Source: an uncultured Collinsella sp. (GTDB lineage Bacteria > Actinomycetota > Coriobacteriia > Coriobacteriales > Coriobacteriaceae). Taken from it: a stretch of DNA of 64,000 bases. The notes below the pieces were generated by a model, which saw only the letters and a program-made list of their open reading frames with translations, was not told the DNA's origin and made no database searches. The position numbers and the translations under genes were made by a program. The stretch is from assembly GCA_937984005.1 (NCBI GenBank), contig CALJYM010000033.1, positions 2,288 to 66,287 on the forward strand, read 5' to 3'. Shown piece after piece: positions 33,893-43,909 of the stretch. Position 1 is the stretch's first letter. Every line of letters starts with the position of its first letter.

Positions 33893-35620
33893 CTACATAC
33901 GCCCCAATTCGCCCACGATATGGCCCACGCGGTCCTCGGGCTCCTTGACCTCGACGCCGTTGTAGCGGAAGAACCGCGCCGGGTCGTGCATCAGATCCTC
34001 GAGCGGCACCAGCACAAAGTCGCGTTCGCCAATGAGCGGATGCGGCAGGCGCAGCTTTTTGCCGCCATGGATCTCGCCGTCCATCCACAGCAGGTCCAGG
34101 TCGATGGTGCGCGGACCGTTGACCTTGGCCTTCTTGGAGCGGTCGCGCCCCAGCTCAGCCTCGATCTTCATAAGCTCGTCGAGCAGCACCAGCGGCGCCA
34201 GCTCGGTCTTGATCTCGATGACGGCGTTGGCAAACGCATCCTGGCGCGTCTCGTAGGCCGGCTCGCTCTCGTAGATGCGCGAGCAGTTGGACACGCAGGT
34301 GAGCGGAATCTCGGCAATCATGTCGCGCGCGGCGCGAATGTTGTCGCAACGATGCCCCAGATTGGAGCCCACAGCCACAAACGCACGGCGCGGTTGCGGC
34401 TTGGCGACAGCCCAGTAACCGTTCAGGAACTGCGCAAAGCCGGTAACGTCGTGCACGCGCACGATGTTGGCACCGGCCTGGATAGCGCCCAGGCACACGC
34501 CAAACGTGGCGGCATCGCGCGCGGCGGCCTCGGTCACGCCCGAGACAGCGCCCACAAAACGCTTGCGCGACACGGCGCACATGAGCGGGTAGCCCAGCGA
34601 CGCCATCTTGGCGGTCTCGCGCTGGATGACGATATCCTCGTTGGCCGTCTTGCCAAAGCCCGGGCCCGGATCGATGCAGATGCGGTCGCGCGACACGCCG
34701 GCATGGATGAGCGTGCGGGCCTGGTCGGACAGAAAGCCCATGACGCGGCGCATGATGGGCGCCGAATCGGGCAGGGTGAAGCGGCGGAGCTGAGAGGTGG
34801 GCACGTAGGCCTCCTCGCGGCGGGCACTGCGGCGCATCATGGCTGCCAGGTGGTCATTGGGCTCCGGCGCGGGCTCAGGGCTCGCGGCGGCCTCGGCGAC
34901 AGGAGCGGCCTCTTCGGCGGCCGGTGCCTCCTGCTTCTGCTCGTCCGTGGGCTCGGGCGCGGGTTCCGGATCGCCAAACGGCAGCGAGGGCTGCACCACG
35001 CCCCCCGGCAGCTTGGCCTCCGTCTTGGGCTCGCCTAGCAGCTTGCCGCGGCGGCGGCGCGCTGGCTTCTCGGCCTCGCGCGCAGCCTCGGCGGCCGCTT
35101 CGCGTGCCTTCTCGGCAACAAACGCCGCTGCCGAGGTATCGAGCTGCACCGTTGCGTGCGTGCGGGTGGGCGCGGCGACCTCGCCGGCATGCATCACGAT
35201 GACGCCGCAGGTGCTCGTCTTAACAAACTCGACCATCTTGGGATCGGTGAAGCCGGTCACGTCGTTGACGATCGAGGCGCCGCAGCGCACGGCCGCCTTG
35301 GCAACCGCCACATGACGCGTGTCGATCGAGACGATGGCGCCCTCCTTGGCCAGCGCGCGCACCACGGACAGCACGCGGCGAGCCTCCTCGTCGGGGTTGA
35401 CCGGGGTAAAGCCGGGGCGCGTGGACTCGCCGCCCACGTCGATGATGTCGGCGCCGGCGTCGAGCATCGCCAGGCCGTACTCGATGGCGGCATCCGGGTC
35501 GAAGTGCTCCCCGCCATCGCTAGACGAATCGGGCGTCACGTTGAGGACGCCCATGATGCGCGGACGGTCAAAGCTGAGCTCGTACTTTCCGCACCGCCAT
35601 GTCTTGCTGTCGTTCGCCAT
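33893..35620 (-). CDS. folP-folK: Bifunctional dihydropteroate synthase / HPPK (FolP-FolK fusion) with a ~110-aa Ala/Glu/Pro-rich low-complexity insertion inside the DHPS barrel
   Basis: DHPS motifs IMGVLNVTPDSSSDGG and ICIDPGPGFGKT; HPPK motifs AFVAVGSNLGHR, PRTIDLDLLWMDG and LPHPLIGERDFVLVPLEDL. The start is set at MANDSK (35620), which has an AGGAGG RBS 6 nt upstream. Confidence 0.8.
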   Translation of the reverse strand: MANDSKTWRCGKYELSFDRPRIMGVLNVTPDSSSDGGEHFDPDAAIEYGLAMLDAGADIIDVGGESTRPGFTPVNPDEEARRVLSVVRALAKEGAIVSIDTRHVAVAKAAVRCGASIVNDVTGFTDPKMVEFVKTSTCGVIVMHAGEVAAPTRTHATVQLDTSAAAFVAEKAREAAAEAAREAEKPARRRRGKLLGEPKTEAKLPGGVVQPSLPFGDPEPAPEPTDEQKQEAPAAEEAAPVAEAAASPEPAPEPNDHLAAMMRRSARREEAYVPTSQLRRFTLPDSAPIMRRVMGFLSDQARTLIHAGVSRDRICIDPGPGFGKTANEDIVIQRETAKMASLGYPLMCAVSRKRFVGAVSGVTEAAARDAATFGVCLGAIQAGANIVRVHDVTGFAQFLNGYWAVAKPQPRRAFVAVGSNLGHRCDNIRAARDMIAEIPLTCVSNCSRIYESEPAYETRQDAFANAVIEIKTELAPLVLLDELMKIEAELGRDRSKKAKVNGPRTIDLDLLWMDGEIHGGKKLRLPHPLIGERDFVLVPLEDLMHDPARFFRYNGVEVKEPEDRVGHIVGELGRM

Positions 35621-35715
35621 GAACATCCTCCTAAAATGCCCACGCCGCCGAGCTTGGGGAGCTGGCGGCGGGGTCGCTTTGCACTCAGTCTTTCTATTGT
35701 ATCCGCGCGCGCGGG

Positions 35716-36468
35716 CTAGAACGCAAACGCGGCCGCGATGTCGCAAGAAATCAGCAGGTCGGCATTTGCATCCTGATCGGTGGGAGCAAGGTTGCAAATG
35801 GCCAGCGTATCGCCGGTAAAGTAACGCGTAAGGCCCGCCGCCGGATACACCACGAGCGAGGTCCCGCCCACGATGAGGGCATCGGCCGCGGCGATGGCGG
35901 CAACGGCACCGGTCAACACATGCTCGTCGAGCGGCTCTTCGTAGAGCACCACATCGGGCTTAATGCGCCCGCCGCACGCAGGACACACGGGCACGCCCGC
36001 GGCGTCCTCGTGCTCGCGCGAGCAAATCCATTCGGCGCTGTAGACTGCGCCGCACGTCTGGCAGACATTGCGGTGGACCGAGCCATGCAGCTCGAACACG
36101 CGCTGCGAGCCGGCCATCTGATGCAGGCCGTCGATATTTTGCGTCACCACGGCATTCAGCTTGCCGGCGCGCTCCAGCTCGGCCAGCCTGGTGTGGCAGC
36201 GGTTGGGCTTGGCGCCAAGCGCGATCATCTTGGTGCGGTAGAAGTCGAAGAACTCGGCCGGATGCGCCTCATAAAAGCTATGCGAGAGCATGGTCTCGGG
36301 CGGATAGGCAAACTGCTGGTGATACAGGCCGTCCACGCTGCGGAAATCGGGGATGCCACTCGCCGTGGAAACACCCGCGCCGCCAAAGAAGACCACGCGC
36401 TTGTGGGTGCCGAACAGCTCCGCCAGCGCAGCGGAGGCCTGCTTTGGGTCCGATATTGCCTGCGTCAT
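35716..36468 (-). CDS. cobB: NAD-dependent protein deacylase (Sir2 family)
   Basis: Motifs GAGVSTASGIPDFRS and CQTCG...CPACGG form the zinc ribbon; the start at MTQAIS (36468) has a GGAGG RBS. Confidence 0.8.
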   Translation of the reverse strand: MTQAISDPKQASAALAELFGTHKRVVFFGGAGVSTASGIPDFRSVDGLYHQQFAYPPETMLSHSFYEAHPAEFFDFYRTKMIALGAKPNRCHTRLAELERAGKLNAVVTQNIDGLHQMAGSQRVFELHGSVHRNVCQTCGAVYSAEWICSREHEDAAGVPVCPACGGRIKPDVVLYEEPLDEHVLTGAVAAIAAADALIVGGTSLVVYPAAGLTRYFTGDTLAICNLAPTDQDANADLLISCDIAAAFAF

Positions 36469-36581
36469 ATATGTCCTCCATCCGTGTCTCCGGAACGGCG
36501 GCGTTCGCACTATCACTCGCGGACTCCGCCCCACTCTTGTTGCGTTAATCTTAAGCCTGCCAACCCCGTCGAAAGGACACC

Positions 36582-37400
36582 ATGCCTCAGACTTACACTT
36601 TCGCTTCGTGGAACGTCAACGGCCTGCGCGCCGTGCTCAAAAAGGACCCGAGCTTTATTCAGATCGCGCAAGAACTCGACGTCGATATCCTGGCGCTGCA
36701 GGAGACCAAGCTGCAAGAAGGCCAGGTCGATATCGACCTGGCCGGCTATCACCAAACCTGGAGCTACGCCGAGCGCAAGGGCTACTCGGGCACCGCGGTC
36801 TTTAGCCGCCAGGAACCACTGCGCGTGCTGCACGCCGATGCGCTGCCACCCTACGCCGGCGAGGGTAGGGCTGCCGAGCTCGTCGCCCAAGCCGCAACCG
36901 AGGGCCGCGTCTGCGCGCTCGAGTTCGACAAGTTTTGGTTCGTGGACGTCTATACGCCCAACGCCCAAAACGAGCTCGCCCGCATCGATGTACGCATGGC
37001 CTGGGACGATGCCTATCGCGGCTTTTTGAGCGCGCTTGAACGCGAGACCTGCAAGCCCGTTGTAACCTGCGGCGACTTTAACGTGGCGCACGAGGAAATC
37101 GACCTTAAGAACCCCAAGTCCAACCGCGGCAACGCCGGCTTTTCGGACGAGGAACGCGGCAAGTTTACCGAGCTGCTCAACGCCGGTTTTACCGACACCT
37201 GGCGCGCGGCCAATCCTGACGTCGAGGGCGTCTACAGCTGGTGGAGCTACCGCTTTAATGCCCGCAAGAACAACGCAGGCTGGCGCATCGATTACTTCCT
37301 GGTGAGCGACGCAATCGCCGGCAATGTGTGCGACACCGGTATCCGTGGCGACATCTTTGGCAGCGACCACTGTCCCGTCACCCTCACCCTAGAGTTCTAG
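36582..37400 (+). CDS. xth: Exodeoxyribonuclease III (AP endonuclease)
   Basis: Motifs WNVNGLRA, LQETK and SDHCPV. Confidence 0.85.
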   Translation: MPQTYTFASWNVNGLRAVLKKDPSFIQIAQELDVDILALQETKLQEGQVDIDLAGYHQTWSYAERKGYSGTAVFSRQEPLRVLHADALPPYAGEGRAAELVAQAATEGRVCALEFDKFWFVDVYTPNAQNELARIDVRMAWDDAYRGFLSALERETCKPVVTCGDFNVAHEEIDLKNPKSNRGNAGFSDEERGKFTELLNAGFTDTWRAANPDVEGVYSWWSYRFNARKNNAGWRIDYFLVSDAIAGNVCDTGIRGDIFGSDHCPVTLTLEF

Positions 37401-37460
37401 CCCCAACTGACCCCCTGGGGACGGAGGAAAAGGGATCATCTGACCTCGTCCCCCTATAAG

Positions 37461-37522
37461 TTGCGGTGGAATAGTTCCTGCTTCGGCCCCAAACAGCCAA
37501 AAACGAGAACTATTCCACCGCA
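37461..37522. terminator. 17-bp perfect inverted repeat (TTGCGGTGGAATAGTTC ... GAACTATTCCACCGCAA) with a ~28-nt loop between convergent xth and ECF genes
   Basis: Arms at 37461-37477 and 37506-37522. Confidence 0.45.
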
Positions 37523-37547
37523 AGTTCGTGAGGGAACGCGAAATGCC

Positions 37548-38261
37548 CTACAGCCCGTATTTCACGACGACTCGGTTGATCCGTCGACACCAGGGCTTAT
37601 ACAGGGCGGCCAAGAACACGCAGGTCGCAAGGCCGTGCGTGATATCGAACGGCACCGCCGTGGCAAGACGCGCCACGGCGCCCGCCCACGTGAGCGGCTG
37701 CACAAAACCGATGATGTCGTAGGCGTTGATTACAACTCCATAGAGCAGGCCCGACGCAAAGCCGTAGGTCAGCAGCGCCGGCATGCGCACGGTGCCATCG
37801 GCGCGATCAAAAGCGCCCGCATGCGCCAGCGCGCCGCCAACATAGCCAACCAGACCCCAGGCATACATCTGCCACGGCGTCCACATGCCCTGCCCAAAAA
37901 AGAAGTTGCTGGTCAGCGCCGCCAGCGCACCGACCATGAAGCCGTTGCGTCGGCCCAACGTCGCCCCCGCGATAATAGCGATGGCGCTCACGGGTTTAAA
38001 GTCGGGAATGGGGCCGAACAAGATGCGGCCCGCCGCGGCCAGCGCCGCCAACACCAGCGTGGGCATAATCTGGCGAAGGCCCGGTCGCGACGTCTCGTAA
38101 CCCGCGAAGAACAGCGCAAGCACCAGCGCCACCACGACAAGCATGGCGAGCGCCGCCTGCTCAACGCCCGCTAGCAACGCCGCAGCCATCACCGCTGGCA
38201 CCGCCAGCAGCAGCGGGATCTCCAGTTTTGCGAGTAGGCGCGCGACGCGATAATCCGTCAT
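37548..38261 (-). CDS. ECF transporter S (substrate-binding) component, substrate unknown
   Basis: Hydrophobic 6-TM-like protein that is the last gene of the ecfT-ecfAA'-ecfS operon; start set at MTDYRVARLLAKLEIPLLL (38261). Confidence 0.6.
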   Translation of the reverse strand: MTDYRVARLLAKLEIPLLLAVPAVMAAALLAGVEQAALAMLVVVALVLALFFAGYETSRPGLRQIMPTLVLAALAAAGRILFGPIPDFKPVSAIAIIAGATLGRRNGFMVGALAALTSNFFFGQGMWTPWQMYAWGLVGYVGGALAHAGAFDRADGTVRMPALLTYGFASGLLYGVVINAYDIIGFVQPLTWAGAVARLATAVPFDITHGLATCVFLAALYKPWCRRINRVVVKYGL

Positions 38262-38265
38262 CCCA

Positions 38266-39777
38266 TCACGCCCTATAAAACACGTTGTCGGCAAAGAAGT
38301 CGGCCGGCGGCTCCATGCAGGCAATCTCACCGTCGAACATCATGGCAATGTCATCGGCAACCTGCTCGGCAAAATCCAGATCGTGCGTGGCCATGATGAC
38401 GGTACCGCCAGCCTCCGCATGGTCACGCAAGGCGCGGGCGATGATGCGACGGCTAGCCAGGTCCAAGCCCTTGGTGGGCTCATCGAGCAATAACAGCTCG
38501 GGGCCAATCAGCAGCAGTTTTGCCAATGCAAGCAGTTGACGCTGCCCGCCCGAAAGATCGTACGGGTGGCGCCCATCCAGGCCCGACAGCCCCAGGCTCG
38601 CCGCGCGCTCCCGCGCCACAGCCTCGTCATATCCGCAGGTCGAAGCCCATTCCATCAGCTCGTCGCGCACCGTCTCGGCAACCAGCAACGCCTTGGGATT
38701 CTGAGGCAGCAGTGCCGCCGAGGCCGCCCCGCGCTCCATATGCCCACGCTGCAACTTGACCGTCTTGGCTAGCACCGAAAGCATTGTCGACTTGCCGCAG
38801 CCGTTGCCGCCAACAACCGCATGCACTGCGCCAGCCGAGAACGCCGCATCGAGTCCGCGCAGCACCCAGCCGGACGCTCGATCGTATCGAAACCAGCTCC
38901 CTGCCAGGGTGGTAGCCGACCCAGCGTGCATTTTTGGGAGTATTCGACATCCACCGGCGCTGCTGAAAACTCCGTTTTTTGCACGCCGCGAGGCGCCGCG
39001 CCCTGGCGCCTCGCCAGAAAACAGCTCTTCACGGTGCCCCAGGGAGGCAATGTCAGCCACCTCGCATACGCGCCCGCCCTCAATCCGATACGCACACGTC
39101 GCGTATTCGAGCATCGGGCGCGGCTGGTGCGTCGCCACAACAACCGTGCAGCCCAACTCGCGATTCACGCGAAACAGCGCATGCAGAAAACTCTTCTCGG
39201 CAACGGGATCCAGTTGGGACGTAGGCTCGTCGAGCAGTAGTACGCGCGGGCGCAACGCCAGCACGGCCGCCAGCGACAGCAGCTGCTTGCGTCCGCCCGA
39301 AAGCGTATCGGTATCGCGGTGGAGCCAATCCTCCAACCCAAAGAAATAGCTGGTCTCGGCCACGCGACGGCGCATCTCGTCGCGCGACATACCTAAGTTT
39401 TCCAGGCCAAACGCCATCTCGTGCCACACGGTTTCGCACACGATCTGGTTCTCGGGGTCCTGAAACACATAGCCCACGCGCTCCGCAGACGCCCGAACAT
39501 CCATGTCGGCAACGTTCTCGCCCAGCACGCGCAGCTCACCAGCGCATTCGCCCGTCGGCGAAATCTCGGGTTTGAGCAGCGAGAGCAGCGTTGACTTACC
39601 CGACCCAGTACCACCTACCAGCAGCGCAAACGCACCTTGGGGAACAGACCAGTCGAGCCCGTCGAGCACCGGCGCCTCGGCCCCGGGGTAGGCAAAGCGC
39701 AGGTCCCGCACTTCAATCGCCGGCGCATCCGAGCCGCACGCCGCGCCCGCCATCATGCTTCCGTCCAACCGAGTCAT
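38266..39777 (-). CDS. ECF transporter ATPase, fused tandem EcfA-EcfA' (two ABC domains)
   Basis: Two Walker A motifs (GGTGSGKST, GGNGCGKST), two LSGG signatures (LSGGRKQ, LSGGQRQ) and two Walker B motifs. Confidence 0.8.
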   Translation of the reverse strand: MTRLDGSMMAGAACGSDAPAIEVRDLRFAYPGAEAPVLDGLDWSVPQGAFALLVGGTGSGKSTLLSLLKPEISPTGECAGELRVLGENVADMDVRASAERVGYVFQDPENQIVCETVWHEMAFGLENLGMSRDEMRRRVAETSYFFGLEDWLHRDTDTLSGGRKQLLSLAAVLALRPRVLLLDEPTSQLDPVAEKSFLHALFRVNRELGCTVVVATHQPRPMLEYATCAYRIEGGRVCEVADIASLGHREELFSGEAPGRGASRRAKNGVFSSAGGCRILPKMHAGSATTLAGSWFRYDRASGWVLRGLDAAFSAGAVHAVVGGNGCGKSTMLSVLAKTVKLQRGHMERGAASAALLPQNPKALLVAETVRDELMEWASTCGYDEAVARERAASLGLSGLDGRHPYDLSGGQRQLLALAKLLLIGPELLLLDEPTKGLDLASRRIIARALRDHAEAGGTVIMATHDLDFAEQVADDIAMMFDGEIACMEPPADFFADNVFYRA

Positions 39778-40664
39778 CAGCCAAACCTCTTCTCGTCAAT
39801 CGCGCGCAGCACGCAGGGCAGCGCCATCCAGGCCGCGTATACAACATAGCCTGGCCACGGCGCCGGCACCGATAGTTGCGGGTAAAACGAATACTGCGCC
39901 GTCGCGGCCCACGCCACTGCCGCCGTGGCCACACCAAACAGCGCAAGCCCAACCAGCGCGGCAACATCGCCGCGCCCCAGCCGATACCGCGCGTACGTCG
40001 TGCGGCGCGTCGCGGCACCCCACCCACGGGAGCGCATGGCGTCCGCGCGCTCCAGCGAATCCTCCATGCCCCAGCCCATCAACACGCTCGATGCCCGTAG
40101 GCGCGAACGCACGGGGTCGGCCGACGCATGCCCCGGCACATCAATCGCATCCTGCACCGCCAGTACCGTACGACCGCGGCGCAAAAACTGCGGGATAAGC
40201 CGCATGCACATCGAGATCATGAGCGCGATCACCGGCGCGGTGTTACCCAGAAGCGCAAGCACCTTGTCGTAGCTAAGCATCGATGCCGCAGCCTCAAACC
40301 ACAGTACGCTCGCCACAAACAGCCCGCCCATGCACAGGCCGTATACCATGCTCTCCAGATACACCGCGCGCATGCCAATACGGAACAGCTCCGTCGAGCC
40401 CGAGGCGCTAAACAGCGGATTGAGCACCGCGATGATCAAAATCACCGGCAGCTGCCAGCGAAGCGCCCCCAACGCACGCGCGGCGCCGCGCGTCGCAAAC
40501 CCGTACGCCAACCCGCCCGCAAGCGACAGTGCAATCAGCACCGGCTGCATCGAGAACATGGTGAATCCCAGCGTCAGCACCATGTAGAGGGCCGGCACCG
40601 CCGGATGCGACATCGAAAATGCCGCAACGGGCTCGTTGCCCGATTCCTCTCGTATGATATCCAC
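39777..40664 (-). CDS. ecfT: ECF transporter T (transmembrane) component; start uncertain (GTG at 40664 preferred)
   Basis: Multi-TM protein directly upstream of and overlapping the ATPase gene; GGGAGG lies 5 nt upstream of the GTG. The Arg-rich N-terminal extension of ORF 39777..40772 is rejected. Confidence 0.55.
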   Translation of the reverse strand: MDIIREESGNEPVAAFSMSHPAVPALYMVLTLGFTMFSMQPVLIALSLAGGLAYGFATRGAARALGALRWQLPVILIIAVLNPLFSASGSTELFRIGMRAVYLESMVYGLCMGGLFVASVLWFEAAASMLSYDKVLALLGNTAPVIALMISMCMRLIPQFLRRGRTVLAVQDAIDVPGHASADPVRSRLRASSVLMGWGMEDSLERADAMRSRGWGAATRRTTYARYRLGRGDVAALVGLALFGVATAAVAWAATAQYSFYPQLSVPAPWPGYVVYAAWMALPCVLRAIDEKRFG

Positions 40665-40861
40665 GGGCACCTCCCATCCCTCGCGCAAAACGCCAACGCC
40701 GCAGCGCCGCCGCCATGCACAACCAGCGCAAATACCACGTCGGCGGTACCGACATCGGCCGCCATGCGCCAATCGTTACGCGCTCATCATATGCCTGCGG
40801 TATCATATTGCGCCGTGTATCGTTTCCAAACACACGTCTCTATAACGTAACAGGAGATCAC

Positions 40862-42274
40862 ATGGACGCAACCGCAATTATCCTCGCCGCCGGCGAGGGC
40901 ACCCGCATGAAGTCGAACCACTGCAAGGTTTCGCACAAGATCCTGGGTAAGCCCATGGTTCAGTGGATCGTCGACGCCACCATCAAGGCCGGCTGCAGCC
41001 GCGTCGTGGTCGTCATCGGCAGCCACGCCGACGAGATGCGCGCCCTTATCGACGGCGCCTACGCCAACAGCGCCACCAAGGTCGAGTGCGTCGAGCAGAC
41101 CGAGCGCCTGGGCACCGGCCACGCCGTAAAGGTCGCGCTCGAGGCCTGCGGCATCGCCGAAGGTCCGGTCGTCGTGCTCAACGGCGACCTGCCGCTCATC
41201 ACCGCCGACACCGTCGCCAAGTTCGCGCAGACCGTCGCTACCGGCGAGCTCGCCTGCACCGTCATGACCATGACCCCGCCCGACCCCTTCGGCTACGGCC
41301 GCATCAAGCTGGGTGCCGACGGCCAGATTGAGCGCATCATCGAGCAGAAGGACTGCACGCCCGAGCAGGCCGCCACGCTGCTCGAGTGCAACGCCGGCTG
41401 CTACGCCTTCGACGGCGCGCAGCTCGCCGCCCACATCGACGAGATTGGCAACGACAACGCACAATCCGAGTACTATCTGCCCGACATGCTCGAGATCCTC
41501 AAAGGCCACGGCCAGGCAGTCTCCATCTTCCACTGTGACGACTACCGCGACGGCCTGGGCGTCAACAGCCGCATCCAGCTCGCACAGCTTACCGCCATCG
41601 CGCGCGACCGCATCAACGAGCATTGGATGGCCGAGGGCGTTACCTTCATCGACCCCACGCAGGCCTGGATCGGCCCCGACGCTACCATCGGCCGCGACAC
41701 CGTCGTGTGGCCGCAGACGCATCTGATCGGCCACGTCACCGTGGGCGAGGAGTGCCAGCTCGGCCCCAACAGCCGCCTCACCGACACCACCGTCGGCAGC
41801 GGCTGCACCATCGACGAGACCATCGCCATCGAAGCCGTCATCGAGAACGGCGTCGACTGCGGCCCGCGCGCCTACCTGCGCCCGGGCACCCACATGCTCG
41901 ACGGCTCCAAGGCCGGCACGCACGTGGAGATCAAGAAGTCCACGATCGGCGAGGGCTCCAAGGTTCCGCATCTGTCCTACATCGGCGACACCACCATGGG
42001 CGCCGGCGTCAACGTGGGCGCGGGCTCCATCACCTGCAACTACGACGGCGTGCACAAGCACAAGACCGTCATCGGCAAGGATGCCTTCATCGGTTCCGAC
42101 ACCATGATGGTCGCGCCCGCCCAGATCGGCGACGGCGCGCTCGTGGCCGCCGGCTCCGTCATCACCGAGCCGGTCCCGGCCGACGCGCTCGGTCTGGGCC
42201 GCGCCCGTCAGGTAAATATTGAGGGCTGGGCCGCCGATTATCGCCGCCGTCTGCACGAGGACGACGAGGTATAA
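40862..42274 (+). CDS. glmU: Bifunctional UDP-N-acetylglucosamine pyrophosphorylase / glucosamine-1-phosphate N-acetyltransferase
   Basis: N-terminal motif MDATAIILAAGEGTRM and C-terminal left-handed beta-helix hexapeptide repeats; AGGAG RBS; ATG at 40862. Confidence 0.85.
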   Translation: MDATAIILAAGEGTRMKSNHCKVSHKILGKPMVQWIVDATIKAGCSRVVVVIGSHADEMRALIDGAYANSATKVECVEQTERLGTGHAVKVALEACGIAEGPVVVLNGDLPLITADTVAKFAQTVATGELACTVMTMTPPDPFGYGRIKLGADGQIERIIEQKDCTPEQAATLLECNAGCYAFDGAQLAAHIDEIGNDNAQSEYYLPDMLEILKGHGQAVSIFHCDDYRDGLGVNSRIQLAQLTAIARDRINEHWMAEGVTFIDPTQAWIGPDATIGRDTVVWPQTHLIGHVTVGEECQLGPNSRLTDTTVGSGCTIDETIAIEAVIENGVDCGPRAYLRPGTHMLDGSKAGTHVEIKKSTIGEGSKVPHLSYIGDTTMGAGVNVGAGSITCNYDGVHKHKTVIGKDAFIGSDTMMVAPAQIGDGALVAAGSVITEPVPADALGLGRARQVNIEGWAADYRRRLHEDDEV

Positions 42275-42288
42275 CGTTTTACCAAGCA

Positions 42289-42326
42289 CAAAAGGAGCTG
42301 TTCCCATGGGGACGGCTCCTTTTTCT
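42289..42326 (+). terminator. Rho-independent terminator after glmU (AAAGGAGC-loop-GCTCCTTT followed by TTTT)
   Basis: Stem at 42291-42298 and 42315-42322 followed by a T-tract. Confidence 0.75.
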
Positions 42327-42467
42327 ATGCTGACCTGCGCGACCGGATGAGTGGTCGGTTCGTGTCCGTTGACGGTAAAGACGTTATCAAGACCCGATTA
42401 ACCCCGCCGCGCGGTTACAATGCAAAAAGGCATCTATATGGCATTCGATGTATAAAGGAGAAGGGTA

Positions 42468-43454
42468 ATGCCGATTAATGATCCCGAGAAGTCGGAGAAT
42501 ATGCGCAAGTCCATCCGCGTGTATTCCGGTTCCTCCAACCGTCCCCTCGCTCAGAAGATCGCTGAGTACCTTGGGGTCGAGCTTTCGGGCCTTACGCTAA
42601 AGCAGTTCGCCAATGGTGAGATTTACGCCCGCTACGACGAGACCGTCCGCGGCGCCGACGTCTTCCTGATTCAGTCCGTGGCCGGCGGCAACGTCAACGA
42701 CATGCTCATGGAGCTGCTCATCGCCACCGACGCTGCCAAGCGCGCATCCGCCCGCTCCATCACCGCCGTCATCACCCACTACGGCTATGCCCGCCAGGAC
42801 CGCAAGGCCGGCCCGCGCGAGCCCATCACCGCCCGCCTCGTCGCCAACCTGCTCGAGCGCGCCGGCGTCAACCGCATCATCACCCTCGACCTGCACCAGG
42901 GCCAGATCCAGGGCTTCTTCGATATCCCGGTTAATCACCTGTCCGCACTGCCGCTGTTTGGCCAGTACTACAACGACATGCACTTCGACACCGACAACCT
43001 GGTTGTCGTCTCCCCCGACGTGGGTCGCGCCAAGGCCGCCAAGAAGCTGTCCGACATGCTCGGCTGCGACCTGGCCATCGCCCACAAGGGTCGTCCGCGC
43101 CACAACGCCGCCGAGGTCATGGGCATCATCGGTGACATCAAGGGCAAGACCTGCATCATCAACGACGACATGATTGACACCGCTGGCACCCTGTGCGCCA
43201 ACGTCAAGGAGCTCAAGGCCATGGGCGCCGGCGACATCTACGTGTGCGCCACCCACGGCATCTTCTCGGGCCCGGCTATCGAGCGCCTGAACGATGCCCC
43301 CATCGTCGAGTGCGTCGTCACCGATGCCATCCCCGTCGAGGTCGGCGGCAAGATCAAGACCATCTCGGTCGCCGAGGAGTTCGCTCAGGCCATCTCCGCC
43401 GTTTACCACGAGGAGCCCGTCTCCACGCTCGTCGGCGGCGACTTCGCGCTGTAA
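42468..43454 (+). CDS. prs: Ribose-phosphate pyrophosphokinase
   Basis: Motifs VFLIQS, DLHQGQIQGFF and the PRPP-binding loop VVVSPDVGRAKAA. Confidence 0.9.
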   Translation: MPINDPEKSENMRKSIRVYSGSSNRPLAQKIAEYLGVELSGLTLKQFANGEIYARYDETVRGADVFLIQSVAGGNVNDMLMELLIATDAAKRASARSITAVITHYGYARQDRKAGPREPITARLVANLLERAGVNRIITLDLHQGQIQGFFDIPVNHLSALPLFGQYYNDMHFDTDNLVVVSPDVGRAKAAKKLSDMLGCDLAIAHKGRPRHNAAEVMGIIGDIKGKTCIINDDMIDTAGTLCANVKELKAMGAGDIYVCATHGIFSGPAIERLNDAPIVECVVTDAIPVEVGGKIKTISVAEEFAQAISAVYHEEPVSTLVGGDFAL

Positions 43455-43540
43455 TCCAGCGTGCATCGCATCATCTTTGGTGTTTTTAAAGGGTCGGAGG
43501 CTCGCTTCCGACCCTTTTTCTACCCCTCGACAACCCGCCA

Positions 43541-43754
43541 TGGACAGTTAGTTCAGATTTGTATTAATTTAGGCATTCGTTTGGGCCATTTAATACGTCG
43601 AAAGCGCTCTTGCCGGCATAATTCCGTTCGATCCCTCCGCCTATGGATCTCTTCACCATGCCGTTGGCCCCATTTTGCCCACCGATTCCTTCAACAACGG
43701 CAATACGCCCCGGTCGCCTTATACAAATCTGAAATAACTGTCCAACACCCACCT
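43541..43754. mobile_element. MITE-like element 1 (~214 bp) with 24-bp terminal inverted repeats TGGACAGTTAGTTCAGATTTGTAT / ATACAAATCTGAAATAACTGTCCA
   Basis: TIRs at 43541-43564 and 43731-43754; internal sequence is non-coding. Confidence 0.7.
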
Positions 43755-43909
43755 CAGCTGATGCCTCCAAGGCCAGCCCATCGCTCCATTCTCCACTTTT
43801 TCAAGGCATTCCACATGATCACGCTACCGCCCGCGGCGCGCGACACCCCTTTGAGCGAAAAGACCGATACGGCAGTATCACTTCGCCAACGGATTAGTAC
43901 CTTATAGCT

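Noticed and set aside
33134-35038. 634-aa plus-strand ORF antisense to birA/folP-folK
   Set aside because: It is antisense to two genes with clear enzymatic motifs.
40787-43541. Minus-strand ORFs 40787-42307 (506 aa) and 42597-43541 (314 aa)
   Set aside because: They are antisense to glmU and prs, both of which carry unmistakable signatures.
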